Source: Dehalococcoidia bacterium (GTDB lineage Bacteria > Chloroflexota > Dehalococcoidia > Plut-88900). Taken from it: 64,000 nucleotides of DNA. A program made the translations under genes and the position numbers. Position 1 is the first letter of the stretch. Each line of letters opens with the position of its first letter. The DNA lies in NCBI GenBank assembly GCA_965207225.1, contig CBDBLV010000005.1, positions 576,001 to 640,000 of the forward strand, in the 5' to 3' direction. Of the stretch, positions 37,833 through 47,461 are shown piece after piece. A model generated the notes under the pieces. It made no database searches. It saw nothing but the letters and a program-made list of their open reading frames with translations, and was not told where the DNA came from.

Positions 37833-40800
37833 ATGACAAGTGCGATAAAGTCCCGGAGCTCGAAAACCCCGTCGCGCGTATTAGTGGTGGCGGCTGCATT
37901 CCTGGCAGCTGTCATGTTCATGACGCTTTTCCTGCCTTCTCTTTTGCTCGAATTCGGACACGCGCAAGGGCAGGTCGAGCCCGTGCAGGTCTCCAAGCTA
38001 TTCCTTGAGAATAGCGAGGATCCGGTCACAGAGTTCGGCGCCGTAGACCCTGAAGGCCAACCCATCAGATGGCAGCTCTCCGGCAATGACTCCGCTGACT
38101 TCTCAGTCAATGAAGGTGTCCTAACCTTTACCGTCCCACCCGATTTCGAAAACCCGGCAGACCAGAACCGGGACAACGTCTATGAAGTCACCGTGGAAGC
38201 CCGTGACCCTGGCTTTAACATCGCACCTGCCGAACTCACCATTCAAGTCCTGAACATTGACGAGGACGGCATCGTAACCCTTTCCACCGATAGGCCCCAG
38301 CAGGGCGTGCGTGTCACAGCCAGCGTCACCGACCCCGACCGCATAACCTCGCAAATTGAATGGCAATGGTCCAAGTCCCTCAACGGAGTTACGGGCTGGG
38401 CCGATATTTCCGGCGCAACCGCCGGCCACTACGTACCTACGGAATTTGATGTCGGCCATTACATCCGGGCCACTGCAACTTACAACGATGTCCAGGGCGG
38501 TGATACCTCCAAGTCTGCCCATGGCATTTCGGCCAACGCTGTTGTGGCAGAGCCCCACATCAACCGCGCACCTGAATTCCTTGACCGCTCCCCGACCAGA
38601 TCTGTCAACGAAAACGTCGCCGCTGGCACCCCGGTCGGAGACCCCGTCGCCGCAGAGGACCAGGACAATGACGACCTGACTTACGTACTCGGTGGCGCCG
38701 ACGCTTCAACTTTCTCCATTGATAGCTCCACCGGCCAGATCTCGGTCGGTGCGGGCGCCAGTATTGACTTTGAGACCAAGAGTAGCTACAGCGTAACTGT
38801 CACGGCTTCGGACCCTTCGGCCACCAGTGACGCTGTGACCGTTACCATCTCTGTCAATGATGTAAATGAACCCCCCACCGCCCCCTCGGGGGACACGGCA
38901 ATCGACTATCCCGAAAACGGAACCTCGGCAGTCCAGCGCTTCACCTCCTCCGACCCCGAGGGTGATTCCTTGAGATGGTCCCTCTCCGGTGATGACGCCT
39001 ACGATTTCTCCATCGCCGAAGGAGTCCTCAGCTTCGTCTCTTCGCCTGATTTTGAAAGTCCTGCCGACAGAGACCTTGACAATGTCTACGATGTGACCAT
39101 CAGCGCTGGCGATACCGCCGGCAAGACCACTTCCATTGATGTGACCGTAACCGTAACCAACGTGGATGAAGCAGGCACGGTTACCCTGTCTTCAGATCAG
39201 CCCGGAGAAGGCGTTAGCTTTTCGGCCCGCTTAGCCGACCCTGACCGCATTACCTCTACGATCTCCTGGCAGTGGTCCCGCTCCACGGATTCCGCAGCTG
39301 GTTGGGTTGATATCCCCAACTCCAACTCTGGAATCTACGTACCTTCTGTAGTTGATGTCGGTCACTACCTCCAGGCTACGGCCACCTACAGAGATGCCGA
39401 AAGTGCAACCGACAACAAGACCGCGAGCCGGGTTTCCGCTAATGCGGTCCTTGCCCGACCTGAAATCAACATCGCCCCCGAATTCCTTGAGGATGACCCA
39501 GCGTCAAGGAGCGTTAACGAGAACGCGGCTGCTGGCGCCGCTGTCGGTGATCCGGTCGCCGCAGAGGATGCCAACGGTGATGAGTTGACCTACACCTTGG
39601 GTGGCGATGACTTAGCCTCCTTCTCCATAGATGCTGCTACCGGTCAGATCTCCGTTGGCAACGGCACTGTACTTGACTTCGAGTCCCAGTCATCCTACTC
39701 CGTGTCCGTCACAGCTACTGACCCTGAGGGCCTGTATGACAGCATTGGCGTCTCAATATCGGTCAACGATGTTGACGAGGCCCCGTCCATCTCCGCAGAT
39801 TCAACCGAGATGGAGTACGCCGAGAACGATACTGACCCAGTCGCTACCTTCAGCGCTTCCGACCCAGAAGGTGTAACCCCCATCGGTTGGGAGCTCTCCG
39901 GTGACGACTCCGACAACTTCACAATCGCGGACGGTGTGCTCTCCTTCAGCGCCTCCCCAGACTATGAAAACCCGACTGACCAGGGTCTAGACAATGTCCA
40001 TAACCTCTCCATCGGCGCCAGGGATACCACAGCCAATATCACTTGGCTCGCAGTCACCGTGACTGTTACCAACGTTGAAGAGGCAGGCGCGGTAAGCTTG
40101 TCCACCGGTCAGCCCACCGAGGGCGTCCGGATAACCGCTACACTGAGCGATCCTGATCACATCGCCTCCAGGGTCTCTTGGCAGTGGGCCCGGTCCGCAG
40201 ATGGGTCTAGTTGGACTGACATCGAGGATGCTAACTCCGCCATCTACACACCTGGCCGGGACGACGGCAATCACTACCTCCGGGCTACCGCTAGTTACAA
40301 TGACCGTGAAGATGCTGTAACCACTAAGACTGCCAGCGCCCAAACCGATGAAGCGGTTATCCCTGTAGAGCGTCCCAACCAGCCGCCGACTTTCACAGAC
40401 TCTGACCCAACGGGTAGGTCAGTCAACGAAAACGCCGCAACGGCCGCCCCTGTTGGAGCCCCGGTCGATGCCGAGGACCCGGATGACGAGACCCTCGTCT
40501 ACACCCTAAGTGGTGATGATGCAGACGCCTTCGACATCAACTCGGCTACCGGTCAGATCTCTGTCGCCGAAGGCACTGAGCTCGACTTCGAGACCGACAA
40601 CAGCTACAGCGTCATCGTCACAGTGGTTGACCCCGCTGGCGCCAGTGACACCATCGGTGTCCTGATCTCCGTTACCGACGTTGATGAGACCCCCACAATC
40701 TTCGAAAAAGAGCTCATCATCCTCGAAAGCAGGCCTTCCGACTACACGGAGAACAGCATCCACAAGGTCGCTACTTACGCAGTCGATGGGACAAAGACCG

Positions 40801-41168
40801 AGGGTGTCGTTTGGACCCTTACGGGTGTGGACGCCGGCCTCTTCAGCATCACCCAGCTTAATGGGTTGGTAGAGCTCACCTTCAATTCCTCGCCGGACTA
40901 CGAAAACCCGATGGACCAGGGTAGGGACAACGAATACAACATCACCATCGTTGCTACCAACAACGAGGGTACCGAGTCTACTCTATCCGTAATCGTCACA
41001 GTCTCTGATGACCCAGACGACAATGCAGGCTCCGCAGCAGTCTTCGACCTCAACGGTGACGGAGTAATCGACCGGGCCGAAGCGCTCGCAGCCGTGAGAG
41101 ACTACTTCAACGACGACATCACCCTAGACCAGGTCCTGGCGGTTATCGTCCGGTACTTCGCCAGCTAA
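37833..41168 (+). CDS. Secreted cadherin-repeat protein with an EF-hand/dockerin-like C-terminus
   Basis: Signal peptide; three diverged tri-domain repeats (PDFENP, WQWS, RSVNEN, LDFE); tail FDLNGDGVIDRAEA. Confidence 0.88.
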   Translation: MTSAIKSRSSKTPSRVLVVAAAFLAAVMFMTLFLPSLLLEFGHAQGQVEPVQVSKLFLENSEDPVTEFGAVDPEGQPIRWQLSGNDSADFSVNEGVLTFTVPPDFENPADQNRDNVYEVTVEARDPGFNIAPAELTIQVLNIDEDGIVTLSTDRPQQGVRVTASVTDPDRITSQIEWQWSKSLNGVTGWADISGATAGHYVPTEFDVGHYIRATATYNDVQGGDTSKSAHGISANAVVAEPHINRAPEFLDRSPTRSVNENVAAGTPVGDPVAAEDQDNDDLTYVLGGADASTFSIDSSTGQISVGAGASIDFETKSSYSVTVTASDPSATSDAVTVTISVNDVNEPPTAPSGDTAIDYPENGTSAVQRFTSSDPEGDSLRWSLSGDDAYDFSIAEGVLSFVSSPDFESPADRDLDNVYDVTISAGDTAGKTTSIDVTVTVTNVDEAGTVTLSSDQPGEGVSFSARLADPDRITSTISWQWSRSTDSAAGWVDIPNSNSGIYVPSVVDVGHYLQATATYRDAESATDNKTASRVSANAVLARPEINIAPEFLEDDPASRSVNENAAAGAAVGDPVAAEDANGDELTYTLGGDDLASFSIDAATGQISVGNGTVLDFESQSSYSVSVTATDPEGLYDSIGVSISVNDVDEAPSISADSTEMEYAENDTDPVATFSASDPEGVTPIGWELSGDDSDNFTIADGVLSFSASPDYENPTDQGLDNVHNLSIGARDTTANITWLAVTVTVTNVEEAGAVSLSTGQPTEGVRITATLSDPDHIASRVSWQWARSADGSSWTDIEDANSAIYTPGRDDGNHYLRATASYNDREDAVTTKTASAQTDEAVIPVERPNQPPTFTDSDPTGRSVNENAATAAPVGAPVDAEDPDDETLVYTLSGDDADAFDINSATGQISVAEGTELDFETDNSYSVIVTVVDPAGASDTIGVLISVTDVDETPTIFEKELIILESRPSDYTENSIHKVATYAVDGTKTEGVVWTLTGVDAGLFSITQLNGLVELTFNSSPDYENPMDQGRDNEYNITIVATNNEGTESTLSVIVTVSDDPDDNAGSAAVFDLNGDGVIDRAEALAAVRDYFNDDITLDQVLAVIVRYFAS

Positions 41169-41346
41169 ATGGTAGACTGGGCAAGCAGCTAGAATAGCCC
41201 ACCGCCTCCAGGGTGCATCCCTGGGGGCGGTGATGCTTTTGGAGCCTTGGACTGGATTAAACCCCCCAGCCCGAGAGAGGCCCTTGGCTGACCAATCCCA
41301 GCACTACAAAAGGGGCGCGCTCCAACCCCTTAAAGAAAGAAGGAAC

Positions 41347-42996
41347 TTGGTCAAGAAAGCGCTGATGCTGCTGGGAGTCCTCGCAATTGTCGGGGTCGCT
41401 GGCCTATCGCTGTTGCTGCCGGATGCCGTGAATGCAAGCGAGCACAGCGCGACCAGGTCCTTCTCCACCAATCCCGTAATCACCGGCGCCGAGCTGGAGG
41501 TCGAGATATCGGTCTCCGGCCTCGGCTCCTTCGGCCAGGTCCGGGAAACCCTACCGGAAGGCTTCTCCTTCGGCCGCTCCGATGAAGCCTCCACCACCGA
41601 CGGACAGAACGTCACCTTCACTCTCCTCGGCGGCGACAAGTCCTTCAGCTACTCCGTCACCGCCCCCTCGACGGCCGGGTCATACCAGTTCTCCGGCACC
41701 GTCAGCGACTCCAACAGGGACGCCCGGGACACCGGCGGCGACTCCTCCATAGAAGTGATAGACCCGCCCCTCGGGGCCCAGAGGTCCATAAGCCGTTCGT
41801 CCGTAACCACCGGAGAGCAGATAACAGTAAGCATAGACGCCTCGGGCTTCGGGATCGCGGCATCCGTGGAAGAGAGCCTTCCCGCTGGATTCTCCTACAT
41901 GGCCAGCAGCCTCTCCGCCGCCGCCGTTAACGTGAGCGACGACAGTATCAAGTTCACCCTCCTCGACGAGGACAGCTTCAGCTACACCCTTGTCGCCGGA
42001 GACCCCGGTGACTACACCATCTCCGGCACAATCACCGGCTTCGACAGGGCCTCCGAAGCCATCACCGGCGACGACAGCTTGATGGTAGTCGCATCCGTAG
42101 ACGCCGCCGCTGCCCGGTCCTTCGGCCCCGCCTTCGCAGACCCCGAGGGTGAAATCGCAGTGAGCATCGCGGCCTCGGGCTACGGGGCCGCCGCCCAGAT
42201 CGTGGAAATCATCCCTGATGGCTTCACCTACGTTGGCACGGACCTTCCCGGTGGCGCAATAGACACCTCCGGACAGTCCGTCACCTTCGTCCTGCTCGGC
42301 GAGTCGAGCTTCAGCTACACCGTATCGGCCCCCGCCGAAATGGGCGTCTACGCCTTCAGCGGTACCCTGACTGACATCGACCAGGCCGAGTCGGCAGTCG
42401 GTGGCGCAGCGGACCTCCACGTCAGCAACCCCGGCATCGTAATCGACGACAGCGGCGTCCGTGAAATCAACGAAAACACCCCGGCCGGCGTCCGCATCGG
42501 CGACCCGATCATGGCGTCCGCAGCAATCGGTGGCCTCACCTTCGAGATTACCAGCGCCGCCGCAGACACCTTCGACATCGAGAACGATGGCCAGCTCCGC
42601 ACCAAGGGCGACCTGGACTACGAGACCCGGTCCAGCTACTCGCTCAAGGTGACCATCACCGACGAGTTCGGTGGATCAGCATCCCTCGTGGTCACCGTCC
42701 AGGTCCTCGACCGTGACGAATACGTTCCACCGACGGCCACGCCTGAGCCCACGGCTACCCCGGCACCCACGGCCACCCCAGTCCCGACGGCAACGTCGGT
42801 ACCGCAGCGACCCACGGCCACCCCAGAGCCTACGGCCACCCCGGTCCCGACTGTAGAGCCCACGGCCACCCCGACCGTTGTGGAGCCAGACGAGGAAGCT
42901 GGGTTCCCGGTATGGGCCATTGTGATAATCGTAATTGCAGCGGTCGTAGTGGTAGGCGGCGGAGGGTACTTCGTCTACCGCAGACAGCAAGGCTAA
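41347..42996 (+). CDS. Second membrane-anchored scaffold: three cohesin-like domains, a cadherin domain, a PT linker and a TM
   Basis: Paralog of 33391-35061; TTG start inferred by alignment; diverged repeats but near-identical C-terminal third. Confidence 0.8.
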   Translation: MVKKALMLLGVLAIVGVAGLSLLLPDAVNASEHSATRSFSTNPVITGAELEVEISVSGLGSFGQVRETLPEGFSFGRSDEASTTDGQNVTFTLLGGDKSFSYSVTAPSTAGSYQFSGTVSDSNRDARDTGGDSSIEVIDPPLGAQRSISRSSVTTGEQITVSIDASGFGIAASVEESLPAGFSYMASSLSAAAVNVSDDSIKFTLLDEDSFSYTLVAGDPGDYTISGTITGFDRASEAITGDDSLMVVASVDAAAARSFGPAFADPEGEIAVSIAASGYGAAAQIVEIIPDGFTYVGTDLPGGAIDTSGQSVTFVLLGESSFSYTVSAPAEMGVYAFSGTLTDIDQAESAVGGAADLHVSNPGIVIDDSGVREINENTPAGVRIGDPIMASAAIGGLTFEITSAAADTFDIENDGQLRTKGDLDYETRSSYSLKVTITDEFGGSASLVVTVQVLDRDEYVPPTATPEPTATPAPTATPVPTATSVPQRPTATPEPTATPVPTVEPTATPTVVEPDEEAGFPVWAIVIIVIAAVVVVGGGGYFVYRRQQG

Positions 42997-43156
42997 TCGG
43001 TTAGACCAGCGGTTGCCCTGGCCAGATAGCATAAAATAGAGTGAAATCCGCCCCCGGGGAGCAATCCCTGGGGGCGGATTCTTTCGTGGTGCGTGAGTTC
43101 TCCTCCTATTTCAGCTACAATGCCCCTGCACCACCTCACGCCTCGGGAGTACTTCA

Positions 43157-43459
43157 ATGCGCCTGACCGCCAAGGAGATGGACCGCCTGACCATCTTCAC
43201 CGCCGCCCAGCTTGCCCGCAGGCGTCGGGACAAGGGCCTGAAGCTAAACTATCCCGAGGCTGTTGCCCTCATCTCCGATGAGCTCCTCGAAGACGGCCGC
43301 GAAGGCAAGTCCTACGAAGAAGTGATTGAGCGCGCAGGCCGAATCCTCACCCGAGACGATGTCCTGGACGGCGTCCCCGACCTGGTAACCCCCCTCCGCC
43401 TGGAAGTAACCTTCGACGACGGCAACAAGCTCATATACTTGGAGGATCCCATCAAGTAA
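43157..43459 (+). CDS. ureA: Urease subunit gamma (copy 2)
   Basis: Protein identical to copy 1. Confidence 0.93.
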   Translation: MRLTAKEMDRLTIFTAAQLARRRRDKGLKLNYPEAVALISDELLEDGREGKSYEEVIERAGRILTRDDVLDGVPDLVTPLRLEVTFDDGNKLIYLEDPIK

Positions 43460-43460
43460 G

Positions 43461-43844
43461 GTGAGTCACTCTATGAAGCCCGGCGAAGTTATCAGCAGTG
43501 AAGCCGCACTCCCAATAAATCAGGACAGGACAGCAGTCACCATTTCGGTGACCAATACCTCTGACCATGCGGTTCAGGTCACTTCCCACTACCATTTCTT
43601 CGAAGCGAATAAGCGCCTCCGCTTCAACAGGACTGCAGCCTACGGGAAGAGACTCGACGTACCCTCGGGCTCCGCTGTGCGATGGCAACCTGGCGAGACC
43701 CGAGACGTTACCCTCATCGACATCGCTGGCAAACGTCGAGTCTATGGCTTTCAGGGACTGGTCAACGGCCAATTGACCGACGAACAGCGCGGCGAGGCCT
43801 TCCGTTTGGCCCAGGTCCGAGGTTTCCTTAATCAGGAAGCTTGA
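43461..43844 (+). CDS. ureB: Urease subunit beta (copy 2)
   Basis: Four amino-acid differences from copy 1. Confidence 0.93.
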   Translation: MSHSMKPGEVISSEAALPINQDRTAVTISVTNTSDHAVQVTSHYHFFEANKRLRFNRTAAYGKRLDVPSGSAVRWQPGETRDVTLIDIAGKRRVYGFQGLVNGQLTDEQRGEAFRLAQVRGFLNQEA

Positions 43845-43846
43845 AC

Positions 43847-45523
43847 ATGACCCACGAGATGGACAGGGCCCATTACAACGCCCTTTACGGCCCCACCGTC
43901 GGGGACCGCATCCGATTAGGTGACACTGACCTCTTCCTCCTGGTAGAAGCCGACCACACCTCCTACGGAAACGAGATCACCCACGGCTGGGGGAAGAACA
44001 CCCGCACCGGGATGATGCACGCTTACCGTACGCCCAGTGACAGCGAGCTTGATGATGTCATCGTGGGCGCTGTAGTTGCCGATCCGGTTCTAGGCATATT
44101 CAAGGGTGATATCGGGATCAAGGACGGTGTGATAGCTGGCATTGGTCGAGCTGGCAACCCTGACATAATGGACGGCGTCGACTTGGTCTTGGGCCCCAAC
44201 ACCAACGTCTTCCCTGCTGCCGGGCTGATCGCTACCCCCGGAGGCGTCGATAGCCACGTCCACATTTATCACAACCCAAAACTGCTCGAAACGGCCATCG
44301 GGGCGGGCGTCACTACCTTTATCGGTGCTGGACTCAACCACAACGGTGAATTCACCATCCACAAGTACTTCGAGGCCTTCGAAGGCGTCCCCATAAACCT
44401 TGGCGTCCAGGGCCGAGGCGCCGCCAGCCACCCCGCCCCCATCGAGCGCAATATCGAAGCCGGCGCCTGCGGCATGAAGATCCACGAAGACGAGGGTGCT
44501 TATCCCTACATCATCGACCTCTGCCTTCAGGTCGCCGAGCAATACGACGTTTCAGTCGCCCTTCATACCGACGGCCTTCAGGAGTCCATGCAGGTGAACG
44601 ACACCATAGAGGCAATCGGTGGCAGGGCCCTCCACGCATATCACGTCGAAGGCGTTGGAGGTGGCCATGCCCCTGACCTTCTCAAACTGGCCGGTGTCGA
44701 AAACATAATGACCTCATCCACCACCCCCACCGTTCCCTATACCGCCGGCACCTACCAAGAACACTTCCCCATGACCGCCCTTGTTCATGGCCTAACTCCT
44801 CATCTTCCCACGGATGTCGCTGCCCTTGAAGCCCGTGTCCGTCGCGAGACCATGGCCGCAGAGGACGTTCTCCACGACATTGGCGCAGTTCCAATCATCA
44901 ACTCCGACTCCCAGGGAATGGGCCGTATCGGGGAAGTCGTTACTCGCACTTGGCAGCTTGCCCACAAGATGAAGAGGGAACGAGGGAGCGTTAATCCGGA
45001 TCACGACAACGACCGAATCCTCCAGTATCTGGCCAAGATTACGATCAACCCTGCCATTACCCACGGCATTTCCGAATATGTGGGGTCACTCCGTAATGGC
45101 AGGATGGCAGACATTGTCCTTTGGGACCCTCGCTTCTTTGGAGTGAAGCCCGACACCGTCTTCAAGGGCGGCTTCGTTGCCTGGGGTGCGAATGGAGAAG
45201 GCAATGCCTCCATATCCAGGTGTGAGCCAACTATCTACGGACCTGCCTTCGGGGCTATGGGGCGCGCCGCGGGTAGACTCAGCGCCTTTTTCGTATCCCA
45301 GGCATCTCTTGACAAAGGTCTGGCTGAGAACCTGCGCTCCCACCGAAAGCTCCTGCCCGTCAGAAACATACGCAGCGCATCCAAGAGGAAAATGGTCCTC
45401 AACACCCTTAATCCGACCATCGACGTTGATCCCCGGACCTCTCGCGTTCTCGTGGACGGTCGGGAGGCTGTCTCAGAGGCAGTAAAGCAGGTACCGCTCA
45501 ACCGACTCTATGTGATTACATGA
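43847..45523 (+). CDS. ureC: Urease subunit alpha, divergent (copy 2)
   Basis: Identical to copy 1 up to GFVAWG, then a diverged last ~110 aa. Confidence 0.9.
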   Translation: MTHEMDRAHYNALYGPTVGDRIRLGDTDLFLLVEADHTSYGNEITHGWGKNTRTGMMHAYRTPSDSELDDVIVGAVVADPVLGIFKGDIGIKDGVIAGIGRAGNPDIMDGVDLVLGPNTNVFPAAGLIATPGGVDSHVHIYHNPKLLETAIGAGVTTFIGAGLNHNGEFTIHKYFEAFEGVPINLGVQGRGAASHPAPIERNIEAGACGMKIHEDEGAYPYIIDLCLQVAEQYDVSVALHTDGLQESMQVNDTIEAIGGRALHAYHVEGVGGGHAPDLLKLAGVENIMTSSTTPTVPYTAGTYQEHFPMTALVHGLTPHLPTDVAALEARVRRETMAAEDVLHDIGAVPIINSDSQGMGRIGEVVTRTWQLAHKMKRERGSVNPDHDNDRILQYLAKITINPAITHGISEYVGSLRNGRMADIVLWDPRFFGVKPDTVFKGGFVAWGANGEGNASISRCEPTIYGPAFGAMGRAAGRLSAFFVSQASLDKGLAENLRSHRKLLPVRNIRSASKRKMVLNTLNPTIDVDPRTSRVLVDGREAVSEAVKQVPLNRLYVIT

Positions 45524-45659
45524 TGAGGCTCTATGCCCAGGTGCTCCTAACTGAGTGTCAACCCTGGGTCGTTTGAAGTGGTCGGGCAATATATCTTCCC
45601 GCTCTGCTGCCAGGAATGCAAAGGCCTCGCCAAAGCTGCTAATGTGGATCACAAAGGAA

Positions 45660-45734
45660 TGGAGCCAGCGAAGGGAATCGAACCCTTGGCCTGCGGTTTA
45701 CGAAACCGCTGCTCTACCGCTGAGCTACGCTGGC
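45660..45734 (-). tRNA. trnT: tRNA-Thr(CGT)
   Basis: Reverse complement GCCAGCGTAGCTCAGCGGTAGAGCAGCGGTTTCGTAAACCGC..GGTTCGATTCCC..GCTGGCTCCA. Confidence 0.96.
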
Positions 45735-45888
45735 CTCAATGCCGGGCCCTCACGCCCGACATACCATATTATCAATAGGAATCCGCCCTTTGTAAATCTA
45801 CCCCTTCGCCCCGACTCTGGACATTCCCAGCACCCCGGCTATAATTGGAGCAGCGGCTTGGAGCCGCCACCAAACCACTGGAGACAGC

Positions 45889-46080
45889 ATGGACCGCATA
45901 CCTTCAAGTATTCTTCTCCCTCTCATGGCTGGCATCTTCGTCCTCGTTGTTGGTGGAGGGCTGGGGGTCATATTCACCCTCGCCGGAATCATGGGCACCA
46001 TCATCATCGGATTGGCCATAGTTATCCTCTCACCTATCATTGCCTTCTGGTTGGCTAAGGGCCAGCGCACTAGCTCCTGA
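45889..46080 (+). CDS. Small membrane protein with two TM segments
   Basis: 63 hydrophobic aa; GGAG RBS; TATAAT at ~45840; terminator downstream. Confidence 0.7.
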   Translation: MDRIPSSILLPLMAGIFVLVVGGGLGVIFTLAGIMGTIIIGLAIVILSPIIAFWLAKGQRTSS

Positions 46081-46107
46081 CCTCACTCCAACAGAGCCAG
46101 CCCATCA

Positions 46108-46142
46108 AGAAAGAGAGCGTATTGCGCTCTCTTTTCTCTTTC
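46108..46142 (+). terminator. Rho-independent terminator
   Basis: AAGAGAGCG-TATTG-CGCTCTCTT followed by a T-rich tail. Confidence 0.7.
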
Positions 46143-46223
46143 CTTCAGCCGGTGCCTCCTGTTGCGCAACAGCCGACCGGAAATGTAGTATGCCCCCGAC
46201 CCCCAACCTTCCAGGAGGTGACC

Positions 46224-47435
46224 ATGTCCCGGCTTGTCATCACCAACTGCCACCTTATCGACGCCGTTTCAGATCACGCGCAGCCCGATGCCAGCATCGC
46301 CATAGAAGACGGCCTCATCACCCACATCGAGACAAACGGCAACAGCATAGATGCCGACGGCACCCGAGTTATTGATGCCGGGGGCGGCTGGCTCCTCCCG
46401 GGACTCTGGGACGTCCATGTTCACCTCATGTTCCCCTATCCCCCGCCTAAGACCATCCCCGAGCGCGTCGTCAGCTACGGTAAAAATGCCATGGAAGGCC
46501 TCACGGGGAGTGGAGTCACCGGCATCCGCAGCGGCGGTATTGAGCACTGGATAGACGTCGCCTGGCGGGACGCCTTCACCTCAGGCCAGTACCTGGGCCC
46601 CCGAGTCTTCGCTTCCGGCTACTTTCTCACCACCACTGGCGGACACGGCACCCGATGGCCCTTCTCTCAGCAGTGTGACGGCCCTGAAGACTTCGTTCTC
46701 GCCGTCCGAAAGCAGATCGAGAATAACGTTGACCACATCAAGCTGAACCTATCCGGCGGCATCATGGGCCCCGACTGGGACCGCCACTGGCACAGCTTCT
46801 TCCTCCCAGACGAGATGGAAGCCACCTACCAGGTCTGCCACCAGCGAGACATGAAGGTTATGTCCCACGCCGCCAACCCCGACGCCGTCAAGGGCGCCGT
46901 TCGCAACGACACCTGGACCGTAGAGCACGGCTACATAATGGACGATGAGTGCCTCGATATGATGAAGGAAAAGGGCACCATCTACGTCCCCACCCTCGGC
47001 ATCAGCCACCTCACCCCCAGGCAGGTTACCAATGAATGGGAGCAAGAGTACCTGGAGGTAAAGCAGATCTCCGCCGAAATGCTCGCCCGAGCAGACGCCG
47101 CCGTCGAAGAGCACGCCATGTGGTTCAAGAAGGCCCTCGACTCCGGTGTCAAGATGGCCCTCGGCTCAGACCTCGGCCCCGTCAAGGATGCCGTTCACCT
47201 GGAGATGGGCCTCTGGGTCCGGGACGGAGCCACGCCCATGCAGGCCATCAAGGCAGCTACCGCCATGTCCGCCCTGACTTGCGGCGTCGATGACAAGCTC
47301 GGCACCGTAGAGGTAGGAAAGATTGCTGACCTCATAGTCGTCGGCGCCGACCCCCTTGAGAACATCGATAACATGCGCCAACTCCGGATGGTCTTCAAGG
47401 ACGGTCGCCTCGTCGTCGATAAGACCACTGATTGA
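46224..47435 (+). CDS. Amidohydrolase family 1 (imidazolonepropionase/prolidase-like)
   Basis: PGLWDVHVH, HIKL, MSHA, VEHG, LGSD and GKIADL motifs; AGGAGG RBS. Confidence 0.9.
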   Translation: MSRLVITNCHLIDAVSDHAQPDASIAIEDGLITHIETNGNSIDADGTRVIDAGGGWLLPGLWDVHVHLMFPYPPPKTIPERVVSYGKNAMEGLTGSGVTGIRSGGIEHWIDVAWRDAFTSGQYLGPRVFASGYFLTTTGGHGTRWPFSQQCDGPEDFVLAVRKQIENNVDHIKLNLSGGIMGPDWDRHWHSFFLPDEMEATYQVCHQRDMKVMSHAANPDAVKGAVRNDTWTVEHGYIMDDECLDMMKEKGTIYVPTLGISHLTPRQVTNEWEQEYLEVKQISAEMLARADAAVEEHAMWFKKALDSGVKMALGSDLGPVKDAVHLEMGLWVRDGATPMQAIKAATAMSALTCGVDDKLGTVEVGKIADLIVVGADPLENIDNMRQLRMVFKDGRLVVDKTTD

Positions 47436-47461
47436 CCTCCCCACTGCAAGGAGCTTCCCCC

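Larger units (their letters stand above)
34521..45186 (+). repeat. Segmental duplication: 34521-37246 near-identical to 42456-45186
   Basis: Two near-identity tracts (offsets 7935 and 7940) separated by a diverged spacer of ~120 bp. Confidence 0.92.

Noticed and set aside
28347-45186. Diversity-generating retroelement or shufflon as the cause of the repeats
   Set aside because: There is no reverse transcriptase or invertase in the island, no adenine-specific mismatch pattern, and the repeats are direct and kb-scale.
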